NCBI GenBank assembly: GCA_964057225.1
Contig: OZ059897.1
Span: forward strand, 2,852,001-2,916,000
Length of the DNA stretch: 64,000 bases
Direction: 5' to 3'
From: Auanema rhodensis
Lineage: Eukaryota > Animalia > Nematoda
Part shown: positions 12,301-24,600 of the stretch, piece after piece
Layout: the number at the start of each line of letters is the position of its first letter
Position numbering within the stretch: position 1 is the first letter of the stretch
Position numbers and translations under genes: made by a program
Notes under the pieces: generated by a model
What the model saw: the letters and a program-made list of their open reading frames with translations, nothing else
What the model was told of the DNA's origin: nothing
The model's database searches: none

Positions 12301-15300
12301 ATATCAACTGATATATGTTCACACTTATATCCTCGATTTTCACCCTGAAGAAATGATTTTTTCGTTGAAAAACATTGTCCATCGTCTTTGTCTTGAAAAA
12401 AGAAATCTAAAAACATCTACTTTTTGTGAAATTATTCAGAAATTTTTCGGGAAAATTTTTGTCAAAATGTTTTTGGAAGCAATGTTGAGTGTACATGGGA
12501 ACTCAACATACACTAATGCATTATTTTTCAAACGATCATAACTAATTTTTGTATAGAGCGTTTCTTAATGTAGTATAGTGCATTCGATGCGGATTTTTAA
12601 GCTGCGTCGATCTGTGATATCAGATTTGAGTTAACTTAAAAATGCACCGAGATATCAACTGATATATGTTCTCACTTATATCCTCGATTTTCACCCTGAA
12701 GAAATGATTTTTTCGTTGAATAACATTGTTCATCGTCTTTGTCTTGAAAAAAGAAATCTAAAAACATCTACTTTTTGTGAAATTATTTAGAAATTTTTCG
12801 GGAAACTTTTTGTCAAAATGTTTTTGGAAGCAATGTTGAGTGTACATGGGAACTCAACATACACTAATGCATTATTTTTCAAACGATCATAACTAATTTT
12901 TGTATAGAGCGTTTCTTAATGTAGTATAGTGCATTCGATGCGGATTTTTAAGCTGCGTTGATCTGTGTTATCAGATTTGCGCTAGCTTAAAAATGCTCCG
13001 AGATATCAACTTATATAAGTTCACACTTATATCCTCGATTTTCACCCTGAAGAATTAATTTTTTCGTTGAATAACATTGTCCATCGTCTTTGCCTTGAAA
13101 AAAGAAATATAAAAACTCCTACTTTTTGTGAAATTATTTAGAAATTTTTCGGGAAAATTTTTGTCAAAATGTTTTTGGAAGCAATGTTGAGTGTACATGG
13201 GAACTCAACATACACTAATGCATTATTTTTCAAACGATCATAACTAATTTTTGTATAGAGCGTTTCTTAATGTAGTATAGTGCATTCGATGCGGATTTTT
13301 AAGCTGCGTCGATCTGTGATATCAGATTTGAGTTAACTTAAAAATGCACCGAGATATCAACTGATATATGTTCTCACTTATATCCTCGATTTTCACCCTG
13401 AAGAAATGATTTTTTCGTTGAATAACATTGTCCATCGTCTTTGTCTTGAAAAAAGAAATCTAAAAACATCTACTTTTTGTGAAATTATTTAGAAATTTTT
13501 CGGGAAACTTTTTGTCAAAATGTTTTTGGAAGCAATGTTGAGTGTACATGGGAACTCAACATACACTAATGCATTATTTTTCAAACGATCATAACTAATT
13601 TTTGTATAGAGCGTTTTTTAATGTAGTATAGTGCATTCGATGCGGATTTTTAAGCTGCGTTGATCTGTGTTATCAGATTTGCGCTAGCTTAAAAATGCTC
13701 CGAGATATCAACTTATATAAGTTCACACTTATATCCTCGATTTTCACCCTGAAGAATTAATTTTTTCGTTGAATAACATTGTCCATCGTCTTTGCCTTGA
13801 AAAAAGAAATATAAAAACTCCTACTTTTTGTGAAATTATTTAGAAATTTTTCGGGAAAATTTTTGTCAAAATGTTTTTAGAAGCAATGTTGAGTGTACAT
13901 GGGAACTCAACATACACTAATGCATTATTTTTCAAACGATCATAACTAATTTTTGTATAGAGCGTTTCTTAATGTAGTATAATGCATTCGATGCGGATTT
14001 TTAAGCTGCGTCGATCTGTGATATCAGATTTGAGTTAACTTAAAAATGCACCGAGATATCAACTGATATATGTTCTCACTTATATCCTCGATTTTCACCC
14101 TGAAGAAATGATTTTTTCGTTGAATAACATTGTCCATCGTCTTTGTCTTGAAAAAAGAAATCTAAAAACATCTACTTTTTGTGAAATTATTTAGAAATTT
14201 TTCGGGAAACTTTTTGTCAAAATGTTTTTGGAAGCAATGTTGAGTGTACATGGGAACTCAACATACACTAATGCATTGTTTTTCGAACGATCATAACTAA
14301 TTTTTGTATAGAGCGTTTCTCAATGTAGTATAGTGCATTCGATGCGGATTTTTAAGCTGCGTTGATCTGTGTTATCAGATTTGAGTTAACTTAAAAATGC
14401 ACCGAGATATCAACTGATATATGTTCACACTTATATCCTCGATTTTCACCCTGAAGAAATGATTTTTTCGTTGAAAAACATTGTCCATCGTATTCGTCTT
14501 GAAAAAAGGAATCTTAAAACATCTACTTTTTGTGAAATTATTTAGAAATTTTTCGGGAAAATTTTTATCAAAATGTTTTTGGAAGCAATGTTGAGTGTAC
14601 ATGGGAACTCAACATACACTAATGCATTATTTTTCAAACGATCATAACTAATTTTTGTATGGAGCGTTTCTCAATGTAGTATAGTGCATTCGATGCGGAT
14701 TTTTAAGCTGCGTTGATCTGTCTTATCAGATTTGAGTTAGCTTAAAAATGCACCGAGATATCAACTGATATATGTTCACACTTATATCCTCGATTTTCAC
14801 CCTGAAGAAATGATTTTTTCGTTGAATAACATTGTCCATCGTCTTCGTCTTGAAAAAAGTAATCTAAAAACATCTACTTTTTGTGAAATTATTTAGAAAT
14901 TTTTCGGGAAAATTTTTGTCAAAATGTTTTTGGAAGCAATGTTGAGTGTACATGGGAACTCAACATACACTAATGCATTATTTTTCAAACGATCATAACT
15001 AATTTTTGTATAGAGCGTTTCTTAATGTAGTATAGTGCATTCGATGCGGATTTTTAAGCTGCGTCGATCTGTGATATCAGATTTGAGTTAACTTAAAAAT
15101 GCACCGAGATATCAACTGATATATGTTCTCACTTATATCCTCGATTTTCACCCTGAAGAAATGATTTTTTCGTTGAATAACATTGTCCATCGTCTTTGTC
15201 TTGAAAAAAGAAATCTAAAAACATCTACTTTTTGTGAAATTATCTAGAAATTTTTCGGGAAACTTTTTGTCAAAATGTTTTTGGAAGCAATGTTGAGTGT

Positions 15301-15442
15301 ACATGAGAACTCAACATACACTAATGCCTTATTTTTCAAACGATCATAACTAATTTTTGTATAGAGCGTTTCTCAATGTAGTATAGTGCATTCGATGCGG
15401 ATTTTTAAGCTGCGTCGATCTGTGTTATTAGATTTGAGTTAG
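6317..15442. repeat. Satellite subdomain with irregular 3- to 7-monomer blocks and superimposed 12-mer and 10-mer duplications
   Basis: Domain markers are GGAATCTTAAAAC, GGGAAACTTTTT, GTTCTCAC, CTGTGATATC and TTTCTTAATG. The GGAATCTT monomers (minus-strand ORFs at 6302, 7706, 9110, 10865, 11918, 14375) are spaced 4, 4, 5, 3 and 7 monomers apart. GATTTGAATT recurs at +4212. ATGCATTGTT occurs at 10761 and 14271 (+3510). Confidence 0.8.
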
Positions 15443-18400
15443 CTTAAAAATGCACCGAGATATCAACTGATACATGTTCACACTTATATCCTCAATTTTC
15501 ACCCTGAAGAAATGATTTTTTCGTTGAAAAACATTGTCCATCGTCTTCGTCTTGAAAAAAGGAATCTAAAAACATCTACTTTTTGTGAAATTATTCAGAA
15601 ATTTTTCGGGAAAATTTTTGTCAAAATGTTTTTGGAAGCAATGTTGAGTGTACATGGGAACTCAACATACACTAATGCATTATTTTTCAAACGATCATAA
15701 CTAATTTTTGTATGGAACGTTTCTCAATGTAGTTTAGTGCATTCGATGCGGATTTTTAAGCTGCGTCGATCTGTGTTATCAGATTTGAGTTAGCTTAAAA
15801 ATGCACCGAGATATCAACTGATATAGGTTCACACTTATATCCTCGATTTTCACCCTGAAGAAATGATTTTTTCGTTGAAAAACATTGTCCATCGTCTTCG
15901 TCTTGAGAAAAGGAATCTAAAAACATCTACTTTTTGTGAAATTATTCAGAAATTTTTCGGGAAAATTTTTGTCAAAATGTTTTTGGAAGCAATGTTGAGT
16001 GTACATGGGAACTCAACATACACTAATGCATTATTTTTCAAACGATCATAACTAATTTTTGTATGGAGCGTTTCTCAATGTAGTATAGTGCATTCGATGC
16101 GGATTTTTAAGCTGCGTTGATCTGTGTTATCAGATTTGAGTTAGCTTAAAAATGCACCGAGATATCAACTGATATATGTTCACACTTATATCCTCGATTT
16201 TCACCCTGAAGAAATGATTTTTTCGTTGAATAACATTGTCCATCGTCTTCGTCTTGAGAAAAGGAATCTAAAAACATCTACTTTTTGTGAAATTATTTAG
16301 AAATTTTTCGGGAAAATTTTTGTCAAAATGTTTTTGGAAGCAATGTTGAGTGTACATGGGAACTCAACATACACTAATGCATTATTTTTCAAACGATCAT
16401 AACTAATTTTTGTATGGAACGTTTCTCAATGTAGTTTAGTGCATTCGATGCGGATTTTTAAGCTGCGTCGATCTGTGTTATCAGATTTGAGTTAGCTTAA
16501 AAATGCACCGAGATATCAACTGATATAGGTTCACACTTATATCCTCGATTTTCACCCTGAAGAAATGATTTTTTCGTTGAAAAAGATTGTCCATCGTCTT
16601 CGTCTTGAAAAAAGGAATCTAAAAACATCTACTTTTTGTGAAATTATTCAGAAATTTTTCGGGAAAATTTTTGTCAAAATGTTTTTGGAAGCAATGTTGA
16701 GTGTACATGGGAACTCAACATACACTAATGCATTATTTTTCAAACGATCATAACTAATTTTTGTATGGAGCGTTTCTCAATGTAGTATAGTGCATTCGAT
16801 GCGGATTTTTAAGCTGCGTTGATCTGTGTTATCAGATTTGAGTTAGCTTAAAAATGCACCGAGATATCAACTGATATATGTTCACACTTATATCCTCGAT
16901 TTTCACCCTGAAGAAATGATTTTTTCGTTGAATAACATTGTCCATCGTCTTCGTCTTGAGAAAAGGAATCTAAAAACATCTACTTTTTGTGAAATTATTT
17001 AGAAATTTTTCGGGAAAATTTTTGTCAAAATGTTTTTGGAAGCAATGTTGAGTGTACATGGGAACTCAACATACACTAATGCATTATTTTTCAAACGATC
17101 ATAACTAATTTTTGTATGGAACGTTTCTCAATGTAGTTTAGTGCATTCGATGCGGATTTTTAAGCTGCGTCGATCTGTGTTATCAGATTTGAGTTAGCTT
17201 AAAAATGCACCGAGATATCAACTGATATAGGTTCACACTTATATCCTCGATTTTCACCCTGAAGAAATGATTTTTTCGTTGAAAAAGATTGTCCATCGTC
17301 TTCGTCTTGAGAAAAGGAATCTAAAAACATCTACTTTTTGTGAAATTATTCAGAAATTTTTCGGGAAAATTTTTGTCAAAATGTTTTTGGAAGCAATGTT
17401 GAGTGTACATGGGAACTCAACATACACTAATGCATTATTTTTCAAACGATCATAACTAATTTTTGTATGGAGCGTTTCTCAATGTAGTATAGTGCATTCG
17501 ATGCGGATTTTTAAGCTGCGTTGATCTGTGTTATCAGATTTGAGTTAGCTTAAAAATGCACCGAGATATCAACTGATATATGTTCACACTTATATCCTCG
17601 ATTTTCACCCTGAAGAAATGATTTTTTCGTTGAATAACATTGTCCATCGTCTTCGTCTTGAAAAAAGGAATCTAAAAACATCTACTTTTTGTGAAATTAT
17701 TTAGAAATTTTTCGGGAAAATTTTTGTCAAAATGTTTTTGGAAGCAATGTTGAGTGTACATGGGAACTCAACATACACTAATGCATTATTTTTCAAACGA
17801 TCATAACTAATTCTTGTATAGAGCGTTTCTTAATGTAGTATAGTGCATTCGATGCGGATTTTTAAGCTGCGTCGATCTGTGATATCAGATTTGAGTTAAC
17901 TTAAAAATGCACCGAGATATCAACTGATATATGTTCTCACTTATATCCTCGATTTTCACCCTGAAGAAATGATTTTTTCGTTGAATAACATTGTCCATCG
18001 TCTTTGTCTTGAAAAAAGAAATCTAAAAACATCTACTTTTTGTGAAATTATTTAGAAATTTTTCGGGAAACTTTTTGTCAAAATGTTTTTGGAAGCAATG
18101 TTGAGTGTACATGGGAACTCAACATACACTAATGCCTTATTTTTCAAACGATCATAACTAATTTTTGTATAGAGCGTTTCTCAATGTAGTATAGTGCATT
18201 CGATGCGGATTTTTAAGCTGCGTCGATCTGTGTTATCAGATTTGAGTTAGCTTAAAAATGCACCGAGATATCAACTGATACATGTTCACACTTATATCCT
18301 CAATTTTCACCCTGAAGAAATGATTTTTTCGTTGAAAAACATTGTCCATCGTCTTCGTCTCGAAAAAAGGAATCTAAAAACATCTACTTTTTGTGAAATT

Positions 18401-18601
18401 ATTCAGAAATTTTTCGGGAAAATTTTTGTCAAAATGTTTTTGGAAGCAATGTTGAGTGTACATGGGAACTCAACATACACTAATGCATTATTTTTCAAAC
18501 GATCATAACTAATTTTTGTATGGAACGTTTCTCAATGTAGTTTAGTGCATTCGATGCGGATTTTTAAGCTGCGTCGATCTGTGTTATCAGATTTGAGTTA
18601 G
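15443..18601. repeat. Dimer (702 bp) amplification, about three copies, inside an 8-monomer (2808 bp) duplication
   Basis: GTATGGAACG/GTAGTTTAGTG recurs every 702 bp (about 15710, 16412, 17114). GAAAAAGATTG occurs in the monomers holding ORFs 16565 and 17267. AATGCCTTAT occurs at 15323 and 18131 (+2808). Confidence 0.8.
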
Positions 18602-21600
18602 CTTAAAAATGCACCGAGATATCAACTGATATAGGTTCACACTTATATCCTCGATTTTCACCCTGAAGAAATGATTTTTTCGTTGAAAAACATTGTCCAT
18701 CGTTTTTGTCTTGAGAAAAGGAATCTAAAAACATCTACTTTTTGTGAAATTATTCAGAAATTTTTCGGGAAAATTTTTGTCAAAATGTTTTTGGAAGCAA
18801 TGTTGAGTGTACATGGGAACTCAACATACACTAATGCATTATTTTTCAAACGATCATAACTAATTTTTGTATGGAGCGTTTCTCAATGTAGTATAGTGCA
18901 TTCGATGCGGATTTTTAAGCTGCGTTGATCTGTGTTATCAGATTTGAGTTAGCTTAAAAATGCACCGAGATATCAACTGATATATGTTCACACTTATATC
19001 CTCGATTTTCACCCTGAAGAAATGATTTTTTCGTTGAATAACATTGTCCATCGTCTTCGTCTTGAAAAAAGGAATCTAAAAACATCTACTTTTTGTGAAA
19101 TTATTTAGAAATTTTTCGGGAAAATTTTTGTCAAAATGTTTTTGGAAGCAATGTTGAGTGTACATGGGAACTCAACATACACTAATGCATTATTTTTCAA
19201 ACGATCATAACTAATTCTTGTATAGAGCGTTTCTTAATGTAGTATAGTGCATTCGATGCGGATTTTTAAGCTGCGTCGATCTGTGATATCAGATTTGAGT
19301 TAACTTAAAAATGCACCGAGATATCAACTGATATATGTTCTCACTTATATCCTCGATTTTCACCCTGAAGAAATGATTTTTTCGTTGAATAACATTGTCC
19401 ATCGTCTTTGTCTTGAAAAAAGAAATCTAAAAACATCTACTTTTTGTGAAATTATTTAGAAATTTTTCGGGAAACTTTTTGTCAAAATGTTTTTGGAAGC
19501 AATGTTGAGTGTACATGGGAACTCAACATACACTAATGCATTATTTTTCAAACGATCATAACTAATTTTTGTATGGAGCGTTTCTCAATGTAGTATAGTG
19601 CATTCGATGCGGATTTTTAAGCTGCGTTGATCTGTGTTATCAGATTTGAGTTAACTTAAAAATGCACCGAGATATCAACTGATATATGTTCACACTTATA
19701 TCCTCGATTTTCACCCTGAAGAATTAATTTTTTCGTTGAATAACATTGTCCATCGTCTTTGCCTTGAAAAAAGAAATCTAAAAACATCTACTTTTTGTGA
19801 AATTATTTAGAAATTTTTCGGGAAAATTTTTGTCACAATGTTTTTGGAAGCAATGTTAAGTGTACATGGGAACTCAACACACACTAATGCATTATTTTTC
19901 AAACGATCATAACTAATTTTTGTATAGAGCGTTTCTCAATGTAGTATAGTGCATTCGATGCGGATTTTTAAGCTGCGTCGATCTGTGTTATCAGATTTGC
20001 GCTAGCTTAAAAATGCTCCGAGATATCAACTTATATAAGTTCACACTTATATCCTCGATTTTCACCCTGAAGAATTAATTTTTTCGTTGAATAACATTGT
20101 CCATCGTCTTCGCCTTGAAATAAGGAATCTAAAAACATTCACTTTTTGTGAAATTATTCAGAAATTTTTCGGGAAAATTTTTGTCAAAATGTTTTTGGAA
20201 GCAATGTTGAGTGTACATGGGAACTCAGCATACACTAATGCATTATTTTTCAAACGATCATAACTAATTTTTGTATAGAGCGTTTCTCAATGTAGTATAG
20301 TGCATTCGATGCGGATTTTTAAGCTGCGTCGATCTGTGTTATCAGATTTGAGGTAGCTTAAAAATGCACCGAGATATCAACTGATATATGTTCACACTTA
20401 TATCCTCGATTTTCACCCTGAAGAATAAATTTTTTCGTTGAATAACATTGTCCATCGTCTTTGCCTTGAAAAAAGAAATCTAAAAACATCTACTTTTTGT
20501 GAAATTATTTAGAAATTTTTCGGGAAAATTTTTGTCACAATGTTTTTGGAAGCAATGTTAAGTGTACATGGGAACTCAACACACACTAATGCATTATTTT
20601 TCAAACGATCATAACTAATTTTTGTATTAAGCTTTTCTCAATGTAGTATAGTGCAGTCGATGCGGATTTTTAAGCTGCGTCGATCTGTGTTATCAGATTT
20701 GCGCTAGCTTAAAAATGCTCCGAGATATCAACTTATATAAGTTCACACTTATATCCTCGATTTTCACCCTGAAGAATTAATTTTTTCGTTGAATAACATT
20801 GTCGATCGTCTTTGCCTTGAAAAAAGGAATCTAAAAACATTTACTTTTTGTGAAATTATTCAGAAATTTTTCGGGAAAATTTTTGTCAAAATGTTTTTGG
20901 AAACAATGTTGAGTGTACATGGGAACTCAACATACACTAATGCATTATTTTTCAAACGATCATAACTAATTTTTGTATAGAGCGTTTCTCAATGTAGTAT
21001 AGTGCATTCGATGCGGATTTTTAAGCTGCGTCGATCTGTGTTATCAGATTTGAGTTAGCTTAAAAATGCACCGAGATATTAACTGATATAGGTTCACACT
21101 TGTATCCTCGATTTTCACCCTGAAGAATTAATTTTTTTGTTGAATAACATTGTCCATCGTCTTTGCCTTAAAAAAAGAAATCTAAAAACTCCTACTTTTT
21201 GTGAAATTATTTAGAAATTTTTCGGGAAATTTTTTGTCAAAATGTTTTTGGAAGCAATGTTGAGTGTACATGGGAACTCAACATACACTAATGCATTATT
21301 TTTCAAACGATCATAACTAATTTTTGTATAGAACGTTTCTCAATGTAGTATAGTGCATTCGATGCGGATTTTTAAGCTGCGTTGATCTGTGTTATCATAT
21401 TTGAGTTAACTTAAAAATGCACCGAGATATCAACTGATATATGTTCACACTTATATCCTCGATTTTCACCCTGGAGAAATGATTTTTTCGTTGAAAAACA
21501 TTGTCCATCGTATTCGTCTTGAAAAAAGGAATCTAAAAACATCTACTTTTTGTGAAATTATTCAGAAATTTTTCGGGAAAATTTTTGTCAAAATGTTTTT

Positions 21601-24600
21601 GGAAGCAATGTTGAGTGTACATGGGAACTCAACATACACTAATGCATTATTTTTCAAACGATCATAACTAATTTTTGTATTAAGCTTTTCTCAATGTAGT
21701 ATAGTGCAGTCGATGCGGATTTTTAAGCTGCGTCGATCTGTGTTATCAGATTTGCGCTAGCTTAAAAATGCTCCGAGATATCAACTTATATAAGTTCACA
21801 CTTATATCCTCGATTTTCACCCTGAAGAATTAATTTTTTCGTTGAATAACATTGTCGATCGTCTTTGCCTTGAAAAAAGGAATCTAAAAACATTTACTTT
21901 TTGGGAAATTATTTAGAAATTTTTCGGGAAAATTTTTGTCAAAATGTTTTTGGAAGCAATGTTGAGTGTACATGGGAACTCAACATACACTAATGCATTA
22001 TTTTTCAAACGATCATAACTAATTTTTGTATAGAGCGTTTCTCAATGTAGTATAGTGCATTCGATGCGGATTTTTAAGCTGCGTTGATCTGTGTTATCAG
22101 ATTTGAGTTAACTTAAAAATGCACCGAGATATCAACTGATATAGGTTCACACTTATATCCTCGATTTTCACCCTGAAGAAATGATTTTTTCGTTGAAAAA
22201 CATTGTCCATTGTATTTGTCTTGAAAAAAGGAATCTAAAAACATCTACTTTTTGTGAAATTATCTAGAAATTTTTCGGGAAAATTTTTGTCAAAATGTTT
22301 TTGGAAGCAATGTTGAGTGTACATGGGAACTCAACATACACTAATGTATTATTTTTCAAACGATCATAACTAATTTTTATATGGAGCGTTTCTCAATGTA
22401 GTATAGTGCATTCGATGCGGATTTTTAAGCTGCGTTGATCTGTGTTATCAGATTTGCGCTAGCTTAAAAATGCACCGAGTAATCAACTGATATAGGTTCA
22501 CACTTATATCCTCGATTTTCACCCTGAAGAATTAATTTTTTCGTTGAATAACATTGTCCATCGTCTTTGCCTTAAAAAAAGAAATCTAAAAACTCCTACT
22601 TTTTGTGAAATTATTTAGAAATTTTTCGGGAAAATTTTTGTCACAATGTTTTTGGAAGCAATGTTGAGTGTACATGGGAACTCAGCATACACTAATGCAT
22701 TATTTTTCAAACGATCATAACTAATTTTTGTATAGAGCGTTTCTCAATGTAGTATAGTGCATTCGATGCGGATTTTTAAGCTGCGTTGATCTGTGTTATC
22801 AGATTTGAGTTAGCTTAAAAATGCACCGAGATATCAACTGATATATGTTCACACTTATATCCTTAATTTTCACCCTGAAGAAATGATTTTTTCGTTGAAT
22901 AACATTGTCCATCGTCTTCGTCTTGAAAAAAGGAATCTAAAAACATCTACTTTTTGTGAAATTATTTAGAAATTTTTCGGGAAAATTTTTGTCAAAATGT
23001 TTTTGGAAGCAATGTTGAGTGTACATGGGAACTCAACATACACTAATGCATTATTTTTCAAACGATCATAACTAATTTTTGTATGGAAAGTTTCTCAATG
23101 TAGTTTAGTGCATTCGATGCGGATTTTTAAGCTGCGTCGATCTGTGTTATCAGATTTGAGTTAGCTTAAAAATGCACCGAGATATCAACTGATATATGTT
23201 CACACTTATATCCTCGATTTTCACCCTGAAGAAATGATTTTTTCGTTGAATAACATTGTCCATCGTCTTCGTCTTGAAAAAAGGAATCTAAAAACATCTA
23301 CTTTTTGTGAAATTATTTAGAAATTTTTCGGGAAAATTTTTGTCAAAATGTTTTTGGAAGCAATGTTGAGTGTACATGGGAACTCAGCATACACTAATGC
23401 ATTATTTTTCAAACGATCATAACTAATTTTTGTATAGAGCGTTTCTCAATGTAGTATAGTGCATTCGATGCGGATTTTTAAGCTGCGTTGATCTGTGTTA
23501 TCAGATTTGAGTTAACTTAAAAATGCACCGAGATATCAACTGATATAGGTTCACACTTATATCCTCGATTTTCACCCTGAAGAAATGATTTTTTCGTTGA
23601 AAAACATTGTCCATCGTTTTTGTCTTGAGAAAAGGAATCTAAAAACATCTACTTTTTGTGAAATTATTCAGAAATTTTTCGGGAAAATTTTTGTCAAAAT
23701 GTTTTTGGAAGCAATGTTGAGTGTACATGGGAACTCAACATACACTAATGCATTATTTTTCAAACGATCATAACTAATTTTTGTATGGAGCGTTTCTCAA
23801 TGTAGTATAGTGCATTCGATGCGGATTTTTAAGCTGCGTTGATCTGTGTTATCAGATTTGAGTTAGCTTAAAAATGCACCGAGATATCAACTGATATATG
23901 TTCACACTTATATCCTCGATTTTCACCCTGAAGAAATGATTTTTTCGTTGAATAACATTGTCCATCGTCTTCGTCTTGAAAAAAGGAATCTAAAAACATC
24001 TACTTTTTGTGAAATTATTTAGAAATTTTTCGGGAAAATTTTTGTCAAAATGTTTTTGGAAGCAATGTTGAGTGTACATGGGAACTCAACATACACTAAT
24101 GCATTATTTTTCAAACGATCATAACTAATTCTTGTATAGAGCGTTTCTTAATGTAGTATAGTGCATTCGATGCGGATTTTCAAGCTGCGTCGATCTGTGA
24201 TATCAGATTTGAGTTAACTTAAAAATGCACCGAGATATCAACTGATATATGTTCTCACTTATATCCTCGATTTTCACCCTGAAGAAATGATTTTTTCGTT
24301 GAATAACATTGTCCATCGTCTTTGTCTTGAAAAAAGAAATCTAAAAACATCTACTTTTTGTGAAATTATTTAGAAATTTTTCGGGAAACTTTTTGTCAAA
24401 ATGTTTTTGGAAGCAATGTTGAGTGTACATGGGAACTCAACATACACTAATGCATTATTTTTCAAACGATCATAACTAATTTTTGTATGGAGCGTTTCTC
24501 AATGTAGTATAGTGCATTCGATGCGGATTTTTAAGCTGCGTTGATCTGTGTTATCAGATTTGAGTTAACTTAAAAATGCACCGAGATATCAACTGATATA

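Noticed and set aside
6302-14602. Minus-strand 75-aa ORFs (MYTQHCFQKHF...)
   Set aside because: They arise from one local substitution (AATCTA to AATCTT) removing a stop in six related monomers. They are useful as array markers but not as genes.
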